64,000 nt of DNA from Candidatus Latescibacterota bacterium. Its GTDB lineage: Bacteria; Latescibacterota; UBA2968; SICM01. Below the pieces are notes generated by a model. That model worked only from the letters and a program-made list of their open reading frames with translations. It was not told the origin of the DNA and made no database searches. This document shows, piece after piece, positions 20,921 to 30,986 of the stretch. Location of the stretch: the NCBI GenBank assembly GCA_965217865.1, contig CBDCJO010000001.1, forward strand, positions 544,001 to 608,000, read 5' to 3'. Positions within the stretch are counted from its first letter, which is position 1; the number at the start of each line of letters is the position of its first letter. The position numbers and the translations under genes were made by a program.

Positions 20921-21000
20921 TTAATCCAGTAAGGTCTGATCAGAAAAGTCGCATCTCAGGTTAGACCACGCAAACCTTTACCGTTTTTCTCTCTCGAGAA

Positions 21001-21201
21001 TTACTTCTGAAATCGCTGAGATTTCTGCCGCCTGCGTGTAGAGCGCTGTTGTTTCATCTTGCGGACTTCGGCCTGAGTCATGAAATAGCGTTTGCGCTTC
21101 ATCTCCGTGAGAAGGCCGGACCTTTTTACCTTCGTACTGAACCTTCTCAGAACCTTCTCGATGGGTTCTTCGCTTCGCATTTTGATTCCAATATGTCCCA
21201 C
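21001..21201 (-). CDS. rpsU: 30S ribosomal protein S21
   Basis: 66 aa, very basic, EPIEKVLRRF...SGLLTEMKRKRYF. Confidence 0.92.
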   Translation of the reverse strand: MGHIGIKMRSEEPIEKVLRRFSTKVKRSGLLTEMKRKRYFMTQAEVRKMKQQRSTRRRQKSQRFQK

Positions 21202-21223
21202 AATCCCCTCCTCGCCATTAGGA

Positions 21224-22978
21224 TTACTCTGTAATGATATCTTTGAACGTCTTCCCCGACGGAATCATGGGCAGGACGTGTTCCTGATGGGGAACGATCA
21301 CATCCAAAACATAGGCCGTCTTGGACGAGAGCATCTCCCCTATCCCGTCGGCAAGTTCCTCTTTTTTGACCATCCTGCGGGCCGGGATGCGAAATCCCTC
21401 ACAGATCGAAACCAGATCGGGATAGATGCCCTCCCTCGACGGATCACCGATGAAGGTGTGGCCCCTGTTGCTCGCGTAAAACCGGTCCTCCCACTGTACG
21501 ACCATTCCGAGGTGCTGGTTGTTGATGACACACACCTTCACGGGGATGTCGTCCGCGTAGGCCGAGGCCAGTTCCTGTACGTTCATGATGAAACTTCCGT
21601 CGCCGTCGATGTCGATCACCTCGCGATCCGGACACGCCAATTTCGCCCCGATGGCCGACGGAAGTCCAAAGCCCATCGCCCCGAGTCCGCCTGAGGTGAT
21701 CCACCGTCTGGGGTCTACAAACTTGTAGTACTGCGCAGCCCACATCTGATGCTGCCCGACGCCCGTGGTAATAATCGCCTCCCCGTCCGTCATCTCGTAG
21801 AGCAACTGAATCGCATACTGAGGCATGATCGCTCCGTCGATCTCCTTGTAACTGAAAGGATACCGCTCCCGCTGTTCATCAAGCTCCGCGTGCCAGGCGC
21901 TGTAATCTCCACCCTCAACAATCTGGTTGAGGATTTCGAGCGCGGGCTTCAGGTCCCCCAGTATCGGGATGTGAGCGGGTTTATTCTTGTTCAGTTCCGA
22001 GGCATCGATATCGATATGCACGATCTTCGCATTTTTCGCGAATTCGGACAGCAACCCCGTTACGCGGTCATCAAACCTCACCCCCAAGGCTAGGAGAAGA
22101 TCTGCACGGTCGAGCGCATAATTGGCGTAGACCGAACCGTGCATTCCGACCATCTGCAGGGAGAGGGGATGGGTCTCGGGAAAAACACCCAGACCCATCA
22201 GGGTGGTCGTAATCGGAATGTTCGTCTTCGTGGCGAGTTCGGTTATCTCGCGATGCGCGTCCGAGGCGACGACTCCCCCGCCGGCGTAGATGACCGGTTT
22301 TTTCGCCTCTTTGATGGCCTCCGCGACCATCTCGATCTGCTCGCGGTTCGCCCTCACGTGCGGATTGTACCCGCGGAAGCTTATCTCGTCCGGGTAGTCC
22401 GGTACGATTTCACTCTGCTGAATGTCCTTCGGGATATCCACAAGCACCGGCCCGGGACGACCTGTGCGTGCGATGTAGAACGCCTCTTTCACGACGCGTG
22501 GGATATCCTCCACTTTATCGACCAGGTAGTTGTGTTTTGTGATCTGCCGGGTGATCTCGACCGTCGGGGTTTCCTGGAAAGCGTCCTTCCCGATCACCTT
22601 TGTACCCACCTGACCCGTGATGCACACGATCGGGACGGAATCCATCTTCGCATCCGCGATCCCCGTCACCAGATTGGTCGCACCGGGGCCGGATGTGGCG
22701 ACACACACGCCGACCTTTCCGGATGCCTTGGCATAACCCTCAGCGGAAAACACCTCCCCCTGCTCGTGTCGGGCAAGGATGACCCGGATATTCGAACGGG
22801 TTAGGGCTTGGTGGATCTCCATGCTGGCCCCGCCCGGGTATCCGAAAATGACCTCGACCCCTTCCCGGACCAGCGCTCCGACCAGGATATCGGCCCCGCG
22901 TTGCTTCTTCTGGGATTTTGGTTGTCCTTCACTCAGAAGGCCAGGGTCAGGTTGTCGGGCCGTTTTCGCCGTGGGCAT
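21224..22978 (-). CDS. ilvB: Acetolactate synthase large subunit, biosynthetic type
   Basis: [39 protein letters not shown]...NN, MVVQWE. Confidence 0.96.
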   Translation of the reverse strand: MPTAKTARQPDPGLLSEGQPKSQKKQRGADILVGALVREGVEVIFGYPGGASMEIHQALTRSNIRVILARHEQGEVFSAEGYAKASGKVGVCVATSGPGATNLVTGIADAKMDSVPIVCITGQVGTKVIGKDAFQETPTVEITRQITKHNYLVDKVEDIPRVVKEAFYIARTGRPGPVLVDIPKDIQQSEIVPDYPDEISFRGYNPHVRANREQIEMVAEAIKEAKKPVIYAGGGVVASDAHREITELATKTNIPITTTLMGLGVFPETHPLSLQMVGMHGSVYANYALDRADLLLALGVRFDDRVTGLLSEFAKNAKIVHIDIDASELNKNKPAHIPILGDLKPALEILNQIVEGGDYSAWHAELDEQRERYPFSYKEIDGAIMPQYAIQLLYEMTDGEAIITTGVGQHQMWAAQYYKFVDPRRWITSGGLGAMGFGLPSAIGAKLACPDREVIDIDGDGSFIMNVQELASAYADDIPVKVCVINNQHLGMVVQWEDRFYASNRGHTFIGDPSREGIYPDLVSICEGFRIPARRMVKKEELADGIGEMLSSKTAYVLDVIVPHQEHVLPMIPSGKTFKDIITE

Positions 22979-23029
22979 CCTTCATCGTCTCCTTGTGGTA
23001 AAAAGAAGGATTTTTTTAAGCATCTATTA

Positions 23030-23058
23030 ATATTACGGTTTTATCCACTTGAAGTCAA
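23030..23058 (-). promoter_or_regulatory. Sigma-70-like promoter for ilvB-rpsU
   Basis: TTGACT-N17-TAATAT on the minus strand. Confidence 0.55.
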
Positions 23059-23137
23059 CGACTATTTCGAACAAAAACGGGCCCCCGGTTCAGGCCTTCT
23101 CCCCCGCGGAAAAAGGAATTCAATGCCCTTCATCATC

Positions 23138-23166
23138 TTGACATTCCCATACAAATCGCTTATTAT
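23138..23166 (+). promoter_or_regulatory. Sigma-70-like promoter for recD2
   Basis: TTGACA-N17-TATTAT. Confidence 0.7.
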
Positions 23167-23253
23167 TAAGCGGTTCCGCTTATACCTAAAACCCCGCCTT
23201 TCCTCTTCGCCCAGGCATGATCTCTTTCCCTGCTCCCCTCTCTGATTACACGC

Positions 23254-25437
23254 GTGAATACTGAAGACCGCATCATGAATTCTGAAGACCACACGGAAAG
23301 GCTCCAAGGCGTCATAGAGCGGATCACCTACCGGGTCGAGGACACGGGCTACACCGTTGCCCGATTCCGCCCGAAAGGAAAAGGGGGGGGTATCGTCACA
23401 ATCGTAGGTAACCTGGCCTCGGTAAACCCCGGCGAGAGCCTGATCCTGGATGGGGAGTGGTCCAAACACGCCCAGTACGGTCGGCAGTTCAAAGTCGTCA
23501 CCAGTCGGACAGTCTATCCCACGACGCTGGAAGGGATCCGAAAGTACCTGGGGTCCGGCCTGATCAAAGGTGTGGGACCGGTCACCGCGGGCAGAATCGT
23601 CGATTACTTCGGAGAAGAAACCCTGGAAATCATCGAGAAGACACCTTCGCGGCTGACCAAGGTGGAAGGGCTTGGTCGCAAACGCGTCGAGATAATCCAG
23701 AGGGCATGGGAAGCCCAGCGGGAAATCAAAGAAGTCATGCTTTTCCTCCAGTCCCACGAGGTGAGCACGGGCCACGCGACGAAGATCTGGAAACACTACG
23801 GCAATTCCGCCATCTCCCTGGTGCGGGAGAACCCCTACCGCCTCGCAGACGATATATGGGGCTTCGGGTTCCTGACGGCGGACCGTATCGCACAGAAACT
23901 AGGCGTGGAGGCGCGCTCCGAGAAACGGATCCGGGCTGGGATTCGGTACGTGTTGGGCATGGCTGCGGATAACGATGGGCACGTCTTTCTCCCCCTTGTG
24001 GAACTCACACGCAGGTGTTCCGAGGACCTCGATGTGGATGCCGACCTGGTTTCCCCCTGCCTTGAGACCCTCGAAGCCGAGGACGGGGTGATCGTCGAAG
24101 AGGATCGCATCTACATCCCCCCTCTTCGCCACGCGGAGCAGGGGGTGGCCACGCGCGTCCATCAGCTCACATCCATCGCCAGGATCGAGACCGGTGATCT
24201 GAATGCCGAGATCGCAGCGGTTGAACGGAAGACCTCCATATCTTTCGCCGCGGGTCAGAAGGATGCTCTGAAGAAGTCCCTTTCCCACGGACTGCTGGTC
24301 ATCACCGGTGGTCCTGGCACGGGCAAGACCACGACGATCATCGGAATACTCTCCCTTTTCGAGCGAAGGAACAAACGGACCGCACTGGCCGCACCCACGG
24401 GTCGCGCCGCCCGGCGAATGACCGAAGCCACAGGCCGCGAAGCGAGAACGATCCATCGGCTTCTGAAATTCAACCCCCAGAGGATGTCTTTCGAACACGA
24501 CGCCCACCATCCGCTCGAGGTAGACGCCCTGATCGTCGACGAGGTGTCGATGATCGATGTCGTACTTCTGAACAGCCTCCTTCGCGCGGTACCGCTGACA
24601 GCGACCGTCGTCCTAGTGGGAGATGTGGACCAGCTCCCTTCTGTCGGTCCGGGAAACTGTCTCCGGGACCTGATCGGATCAGAGAGCGTCCCGGTCGTCG
24701 TCCTGAACGAGATCTTCAGGCAGGCTCAACAGAGCCGGATCGTCACGAATGCGCATAGGATCAACATCGGGGAGCTCCCTGAGATGCAACCCCAGAAAGA
24801 CGCCGATTTCTTCTTCATCGAAGAGGAGGATCCCGCTCGCATCGCCGAGACGATCAAGGGCCTTTGCACGGTCCGCCTTCCCAAGACATACGGTCTGGAT
24901 CCGATCCAGGATATCCAGGTACTCTCCCCGATGTACCGCGGGGAAACCGGGGCCACACATCTTAACGCCCTTCTCCAGGGATCCCTCAATCCCTTCGGTC
25001 CTTCCGTTCAGCGAGGGGATACCGCATTCCGGGTCGGGGACAAAGTGATGCAGGTCCGTAACGACTACACCCAGGATGTGTTCAACGGAGATCTCGGCGT
25101 GGTCTCAAAAATCGACCTCGAAGAAGGGTCACTCGAGGCCGCGTTTCCGCACCGCATCGAATACGACGTGTCGGACCTGGATAAGCTGGTGCTTGCGTAT
25201 GCCATCAGCTGTCACAAAAGCCAGGGGTCCGAATACAAGGCGGTGGTGATGCCCATAACAACACAGCACTATACCATGCTACAACGCAACCTCCTGTACA
25301 CCGCCGTTACCCGCGCCCGGATGCTCGTGGTCCTGGTCGGCACACGGAAGGCCCTGGCCATCGCGGTCAAAAACAACAGCGTCGACGCACGCTACACATC
25401 ATTGGTCGAAAAAATCCGGGAGAGGAACCCCGAATAG
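23254..25437 (+). CDS. recD2: RecD2 ATP-dependent DNA helicase
   Basis: N-terminal YGRQF and HhH motif IKGVGP, ENPYRL, GGPGTGKT, APTGRAA, DEVSM, GDVDQLPSVGPG, HKSQGSE. Confidence 0.95.
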   Translation: MNTEDRIMNSEDHTERLQGVIERITYRVEDTGYTVARFRPKGKGGGIVTIVGNLASVNPGESLILDGEWSKHAQYGRQFKVVTSRTVYPTTLEGIRKYLGSGLIKGVGPVTAGRIVDYFGEETLEIIEKTPSRLTKVEGLGRKRVEIIQRAWEAQREIKEVMLFLQSHEVSTGHATKIWKHYGNSAISLVRENPYRLADDIWGFGFLTADRIAQKLGVEARSEKRIRAGIRYVLGMAADNDGHVFLPLVELTRRCSEDLDVDADLVSPCLETLEAEDGVIVEEDRIYIPPLRHAEQGVATRVHQLTSIARIETGDLNAEIAAVERKTSISFAAGQKDALKKSLSHGLLVITGGPGTGKTTTIIGILSLFERRNKRTALAAPTGRAARRMTEATGREARTIHRLLKFNPQRMSFEHDAHHPLEVDALIVDEVSMIDVVLLNSLLRAVPLTATVVLVGDVDQLPSVGPGNCLRDLIGSESVPVVVLNEIFRQAQQSRIVTNAHRINIGELPEMQPQKDADFFFIEEEDPARIAETIKGLCTVRLPKTYGLDPIQDIQVLSPMYRGETGATHLNALLQGSLNPFGPSVQRGDTAFRVGDKVMQVRNDYTQDVFNGDLGVVSKIDLEEGSLEAAFPHRIEYDVSDLDKLVLAYAISCHKSQGSEYKAVVMPITTQHYTMLQRNLLYTAVTRARMLVVLVGTRKALAIAVKNNSVDARYTSLVEKIRERNPE

Positions 25438-25510
25438 GTGAACGTTCCCCCTTGCTTCCCTGCAGGTAGATGGAAAACGAAATTCCTCTCCGATGACACC
25501 ATCCCCGAAT

Positions 25511-25537
25511 AAAAAAGGGCGGCCTATGGCCGCCCTT
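25511..25537 (-). terminator. Intrinsic terminator (possibly bidirectional)
   Basis: AAGGGCGGCC-loop-GGCCGCCCTT hairpin with an A-run on the left, between convergent genes. Confidence 0.8.
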
Positions 25538-25565
25538 GAACGTGTTGATCGCCGGGGTGATCCGG

Positions 25566-27422
25566 CTATGGGGCTCTCTGCGGAAGGACACCATCATCCG
25601 GGACATAGGAATCGAGGATCCCCTGGATTTCCCCCTGGAATTTTTCCAGGGACCCCTGGACTTGATGGCGGAACTCCTCCCGGACCGTATGATAATATTC
25701 CTGCGCGGCCATCCGGAGGACCTCTGCGTTGTGATGCAGCGTCCTCCTGCGATCGTCCTGAAAATCCTCGAACCGGGCGTGTATGGCCTGCATGAAACGG
25801 CTGGCGTACGCCCCCACGTTTCGTTGAAAGGCCTCGCGGGTGCCCTCGCGAAAACGCTCCAGGTGCTCCAGCGCCTCGGAGAAAAACGACTTCATCTCGT
25901 CCACGTGAAGCGCCTGTTGGGTGGTCAGGATCAGATGATGGCCCTGAACGGCGAGGCGTATCGCATCCGGAAAACTCTTCGGATGACTCCGAAGGGTCCG
26001 GAACATGAACTTCCAGTACTCCAATCGGTAATGTCCGGCGAGGCCCTGCCGCCAGAGCGACCTGAACAAGGCCTTGATCTCCGTCCCGGTGATCGGCATC
26101 TTGCTGATCGGGAACCGCGTCCGATTATCGAAAAAGGTCGAACAGCGTTCAAAAAAGATTTTGGGACTGTTCAGGGTCTCGACAGCGGTTCGGTGTCGAT
26201 CCAGAAGCTCTTTTGGATCCATAACCGGCACATAGCTCAACTCCCGGTTGAAAATCCCGGAATCGCCCGTATATTTGGCCCCCTGGACCAGACGCCCAGC
26301 ACGGCCGAAACGCTTATAATCCGGCGTGTCGCGCAGGACGCCCAGGATCCCCACCATAGCAACCGGAATCCCGGCCTCCCGAATAAACGCGATCGTTCGA
26401 TCGGCGATGTCGTCCGGGTCCGTATCGAGTCCCATGATGAACCCGGCCTGGACTTCAAACCCCGTCCGTTGCAAAATCCGGACCTTGTCCAGGAGCGGAG
26501 CCCCCCCCTGCAGGTTCTTCTGCGCCCCCATAAACTTCAAACTCTCCTCCACCGGGGATTCGATGCCGGCGAACACCTTGTCGAACCCCGCCTGGTACAT
26601 CGCCTCCAGGAGATCGGGATCATCGCTCAACCGGATGCTGGCCTGCGTGTGAAACTGAAACGGGTAGTCCCGCTCCCTCTGCCAGGGAATGACCTCCTCC
26701 TCCATTGCCGCGCGAATCTTATCCCGGTTTCCGACAAAGTTGTCGTCCACGGCCATGACCGCCCCGCGCCAACCCTCGTGGTAGAGGGCATCCAGCTCCT
26801 CAATGATCCTGCTCTTTCCCTTGACCCGGGTATCCTTCCCGTATAGGGATGGAATATTGCAAAATGTGCAACTTTCCGGACAGCCCCGGGTCATCTGGAT
26901 GACCATGTTGCTGTAGTCGTGCAGGTCGATCAGATCCCATCGGGGTAAAGGCGTCAGGGCTAGATCTCGAAACTTTCCCCTTCGATCAATAGTTTCCCGC
27001 TCCGTCGAACCCGGATCGGAAATCATCCGCTCCACGACATCCAGGAACCCGTTCTCCGCCTCACCCAGATAGAATACCCCGTTGCCCTCAATCTCATCGT
27101 AATACTGGGTGGGCAGGGGTCCCCCGTTAAGTACAGGCACGCCGTAAGCGTTGCATCTCGCCATGATCTCTTCGAGGGATTGCCAGTGAATGATCATCGA
27201 CGAAGTGATCACGATATCTGCCCATTCGAGATCCTCGTCCCGAAGCGGGGTCACATTGATATCCACCAATCGGAGCGTGTAGCTTTCAGGGGGCATCATG
27301 CCCGCGATCGTCAGCAAACCCAGAGGCGGAAAGGCAGACTTCTTACTGACCATTTTAAGGGCTTCGTCGAAACTCCAGAATGTAATTGGGTTTTTCGGAC
27401 AGGTCAGCAGGGCATTTGGCAT
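25566..27422 (-). CDS. B12-binding radical SAM protein with DUF4070 (HpnP-like family) and extra helical C-terminus
   Basis: TFWSF...PPLGLLT, GEAE, RGCPESCTFC, DDNFVG, GFIMGLDTD. Confidence 0.88.
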   Translation of the reverse strand: MPNALLTCPKNPITFWSFDEALKMVSKKSAFPPLGLLTIAGMMPPESYTLRLVDINVTPLRDEDLEWADIVITSSMIIHWQSLEEIMARCNAYGVPVLNGGPLPTQYYDEIEGNGVFYLGEAENGFLDVVERMISDPGSTERETIDRRGKFRDLALTPLPRWDLIDLHDYSNMVIQMTRGCPESCTFCNIPSLYGKDTRVKGKSRIIEELDALYHEGWRGAVMAVDDNFVGNRDKIRAAMEEEVIPWQRERDYPFQFHTQASIRLSDDPDLLEAMYQAGFDKVFAGIESPVEESLKFMGAQKNLQGGAPLLDKVRILQRTGFEVQAGFIMGLDTDPDDIADRTIAFIREAGIPVAMVGILGVLRDTPDYKRFGRAGRLVQGAKYTGDSGIFNRELSYVPVMDPKELLDRHRTAVETLNSPKIFFERCSTFFDNRTRFPISKMPITGTEIKALFRSLWRQGLAGHYRLEYWKFMFRTLRSHPKSFPDAIRLAVQGHHLILTTQQALHVDEMKSFFSEALEHLERFREGTREAFQRNVGAYASRFMQAIHARFEDFQDDRRRTLHHNAEVLRMAAQEYYHTVREEFRHQVQGSLEKFQGEIQGILDSYVPDDGVLPQRAP

Positions 27423-27603
27423 GTCATTCTCCCGTTACCGGCTTGAACTTCGACATTCCGGAGGCCTTCTGAAACGCCGGAATGAAAAGGAGAAAGGCGC
27501 GTTGGGAAAGAGGATGGAAAGATGGTTCACACAGACGCGTGCAAATGTAGCATAAGCATAACCAGAACGGGAACTTGAGTCAAGGAAATTTCGAAAAGGT
27601 TCA

Positions 27604-29328
27604 TTAAAACAGGTGGTTCATGCGGATATGAACCATACCCCCACCCAGACCCTCGTCCTGTCCGAACCCGACATCCACCCCAACGACCCCCGCCCGGGAA
27701 TCCGTGCGCAGGCCTGCGCCGTAACCCGTACGGTAGAGCGTCATCCCCCTGACCTCCGGGCCGAACGCCAACCGGTCTGAAATCACCCCCGAATCCAGAA
27801 AGAGAAACACCCGAGATCGCCTCCCGATCAGGAATCGGTGTTCAACCCCGCCCCACAGAGCCCTGACCCCAGCGAACTGCTCCTCCCGATAGCCCCTCAG
27901 GGAAGACGCACCGCCGAGCCGCAGTTTTTCACTCAGGGGAGCAACGGCTTCTCCGGTGTGGATCCCCCGAAAATGAGCCATCACCGCGATGGTCTGACCC
28001 TTGAAAATCGGGAAAAATCGCTCCGCGTCCCCCTCAAGGCTCCAGCGGTTGACCCTCCTGTTTGTCCCCGGGAACGATGCGCGGCCGAAAGACCCGGCGG
28101 CTTTGATGAAGCTCCCTTTCCTAGGGTTGTTGGGGTGGTCCCGGGTCTCATACGAAAGCCCCATCATGCTCCGCCACGTCCGACTCCGGGGAGCAAGCCC
28201 CAGACCCAAAGAGTCGGGGGAGACCTGATCCCATCCGGATTCAACCTCCAGCCCAAACGCACCTGTCAGCGGAATACGGACGCCGAATCCGACCCCGGCC
28301 GAGACATAGCCCGGCCGCTGAAGCAACTCAAACCGGAACCTTCCCGCAAGGGGCGTCGAACCGATCCAAGGCTCATCGTAATGAAAGATCAGGTCGGATG
28401 CCGAGGGCCCCCTCCGGTCCCATCGGATTGAAGCGCGACGACCCGTCCCCGCCAGGTTTCGAAATGACAGGTCCACCCGGCCCGCCATGTAGCCTCCCCC
28501 GCTTTCCGCGCCCGGCACGTACCCGACGACCCCATCGATCTGGTTGGCTCTCCCCTCCTCGACCTCGAGGGACAGGTGGACCGAATCGTTTTCAGGTTTG
28601 TGCATCAGCTTCACATCGCCGACCCGATCGAAGAGGCCGGACCGGATCAATCGACTCCGTCCGCGATCGACCCGGCTCTGGTCATAGAGCTCCCCGACAC
28701 TGAGGCCCATCATTCGCCAAAGAACATCCGACCGCGTGGACCTGGCTCCGGACACCTTCAACCCGCCGACTTGAACGGACGGACCCTGTTCGATCCTCAG
28801 CGAGAGATCGACCACCCCGTTCGAATCGGGGACCCCGATTGTCGGGTAAACGGCACAGAAAGGATAACCTCTGTTCTCGTAGCTGCGGAGGATATTTTCG
28901 ATATCCGCTTCAAACCGGTCCGGCCGGAACACCGCTCCCAACTTCGTTTCAAACCCGTCAAGGACATCGGGAGACACCGACGCCGCAAGATGGATGCGGC
29001 GGACTCGAATCCGGGGTCCCTCCCGAAGCGGAAAGACCACCTCGCAGCGACCATTTCCTTGAGTGACTACGGGAAAATCCACCTCTGCGAGGTACCGTCC
29101 GGCCCTCCGGCAATGGTCCAAAATCCGTTCCACATCCCGATGAAGGAAGAGACTATCCAGGACCGCTCCCGGCCTGGTTTCCAGGCTGTTTTGGAGATCG
29201 GTAACCGAAAGATCCCGTCCCCCCTCGATCCGAACCGAAGTGATCACTGGAGACTCTGCGAATACCGGGGGTACTGCGTGAAAAAGCAGAAGGGGCCAGA
29301 AAGTCAAGCATATATGGAATGGTCTCAT
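27604..29328 (-). CDS. BamA/TamA (Omp85) family outer membrane protein with POTRA domains
   Basis: Signal peptide from ATG 29328, POTRA motifs (YENRGYPF, SGLFDRV), LRGY lid motif, GYGAGLR, terminal Phe. Confidence 0.9.
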   Translation of the reverse strand: MRPFHICLTFWPLLLFHAVPPVFAESPVITSVRIEGGRDLSVTDLQNSLETRPGAVLDSLFLHRDVERILDHCRRAGRYLAEVDFPVVTQGNGRCEVVFPLREGPRIRVRRIHLAASVSPDVLDGFETKLGAVFRPDRFEADIENILRSYENRGYPFCAVYPTIGVPDSNGVVDLSLRIEQGPSVQVGGLKVSGARSTRSDVLWRMMGLSVGELYDQSRVDRGRSRLIRSGLFDRVGDVKLMHKPENDSVHLSLEVEEGRANQIDGVVGYVPGAESGGGYMAGRVDLSFRNLAGTGRRASIRWDRRGPSASDLIFHYDEPWIGSTPLAGRFRFELLQRPGYVSAGVGFGVRIPLTGAFGLEVESGWDQVSPDSLGLGLAPRSRTWRSMMGLSYETRDHPNNPRKGSFIKAAGSFGRASFPGTNRRVNRWSLEGDAERFFPIFKGQTIAVMAHFRGIHTGEAVAPLSEKLRLGGASSLRGYREEQFAGVRALWGGVEHRFLIGRRSRVFLFLDSGVISDRLAFGPEVRGMTLYRTGYGAGLRTDSRAGVVGVDVGFGQDEGLGGGMVHIRMNHLF

Positions 29329-29329
29329 A

Positions 29330-29890
29330 GAGCAGAGTATAGCCGAACCCCGGGTTATTCGCAAATTTTTTTCACAATAACTCTCTCTCACAGGAGGCTC
29401 AGGATGGGAAGATATTCGAAACAGGCCTGGAAAGGCAAGCATCTTTTTATGGGTATCGATCTTCATCGCAAAAGTTGGCACGTGACAATTCGTTCCGAAG
29501 ACGGTTTGGTCCTTTTTTCCAACAACATTGGTGGCCGTTGGGAGGACCTGGAGCGATTGTTGTCCCGGTTCTCCGACGCGGGACAGATCTCGGTCGTCTA
29601 CGAGGCAGGGTATTTTGGGTTTTGGGTATATGATCGTCTGATCGACTATGGGGTAGATGCGCGGGTTACGCCGCCTCATATGATTTCTCAACGCTCTGGT
29701 AGTCGGGTGAAAAATGATCGTCTGGATAGCGGGAAGTTAGCCGGGTTCCTACAGTCTGGCCATTTGGAGGCCGTATATGTTCCGACTTTGGAAGAGCGAG
29801 CGCACCGGCAAGTGTCCAGACGTCGTCGTCAGTCCATCGGCAATCGGGTTCGGGTTCAAAACCGGATCAAAGCAGAGCTTCGGGTGAATG
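29330..29890 (+). pseudogene. IS110-family transposase 5' fragment with short left end
   Basis: ATG 29404 after AGGAGG; MGIDLHRK, YEAG, KNDRLDS (DEDD RuvC-like motifs); breaks after RIKAELRVNG. Confidence 0.85.
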
Positions 29891-30360
29891 GAACGACACG
29901 ATGGTGTCCGCCGCCTGGGCGGCGAGGGTGGCCTGCCGGAGGTCGAGCCGGGCGGAGAAGCTGTCGCGCCCGTGGGAGGCCATGCCATACCTGTTGCGGA
30001 GTTCGCACAAGCCCTGGATGGTCTGGAGCAGACCCCGGATCGTCTTTTCCACCGATTCGCGCGCCTTCGCCGGGTCGGGATGGTTACGCGGCAACAGGGC
30101 CAGGCGGTTGGTCGTCTCCTTCAAGAGCTTCGGTGCATCCCAGTTGGGGTCCGCCGGCTGGCCGATATCGGCGAGCACCGTCTTGCAGACGGATTCGACC
30201 AGCGTCTTGGAAAGATCGAAGGCGAAGTCCGGCACGCTCTCCAACGCACTCTCGATGGCATGGATCTGCTGATCGATAGCCTCGGCGAGCGGACCGTCGA
30301 GTACCGCCGCGCGAGCGCCGACCATCTGAAAGCGAGCGCGAGCTGAACGGGATCTCGACC
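29890..30360 (-). pseudogene. Abortive-infection C-terminal (Abi_C-like) domain fragment
   Basis: DLSKTLVESVCKTVL...GLCELRNRYGMASHGRD...ATLAAQAADTIVSF; both ends fused to IS pieces. Confidence 0.75.
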
Positions 30361-30986
30361 GGCGTGGTTTACCGGCACCCCTGTTCGTCACGACCGACGG
30401 AGCCGGTGGGCTTATCCAGACCATCGACCAGATGTGGCCGAAGAGTCTGCGCGGGACGCTGCTGGGTGCATCGGATGCGCAACTTTGCAGCCAAGGTGCC
30501 CGATGCGCGCTGGCATGAGATCAAGCCGTATCTGGTGATGATTCGTGACGCCCCGGATCTTCAGGCCGGCCAAAGTGCGGTGCGAGAGTTTCTGGAGAAG
30601 TTCAGCAAGGAGTTCCCCGGTCTGTGCAAGTGTCTCACGGAGGACCTCGAAGCTCTCCTCGCACACCTCCAGCTTCCCTGGCGACTCCGGAAGTTCGCCC
30701 GCACCACCAACCTGATCGAACGCAGCTTTGTCGAGGAACGCCGCCGAACCAAAACATTGCCGCGATTCTTCTCCGAAAAGAGTTGCCTGAAGCTCGTCTA
30801 TGCTGTTCTCATCCGTGCCGCTGCCAGGTGGCAGAATATCAACATCACGTCCACCGAACTGCTCCAGCTCCAGCTGCTCTATGAGGAACGACAGATCGCA
30901 CCACCGGCTGAAATGGTAGCCGTTGCGGAACCTCACTGGACCTCCAGTTGAAGGTTTGCATTTTGCAGGACGCTTAAGACTTGACC
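30361..30986 (+). pseudogene. IS256-family transposase 3' fragment with right end
   Basis: VTTDGAGGL, frameshift, RCWVHRMRN, RTTNLIERSF; probable terminal sequence TTTTGCAG...GACTTGACC. Confidence 0.85.

Noticed and set aside
25536-26846. 436-aa plus-strand ORF and many similar shadow ORFs
   Set aside because: Antisense to well-supported genes in GC-rich DNA, with no motifs of their own.
29329-29691. N-terminal 120 aa of the 695-aa Omp85 ORF
   Set aside because: Antisense to IS110; the signal peptide starts at ATG 29328.
28576-30279. 567-aa plus-strand ORF
   Set aside because: Chimera of antisense Omp85 sequence, the IS110 fragment and antisense Abi_C; only 29404-29890 is coding.
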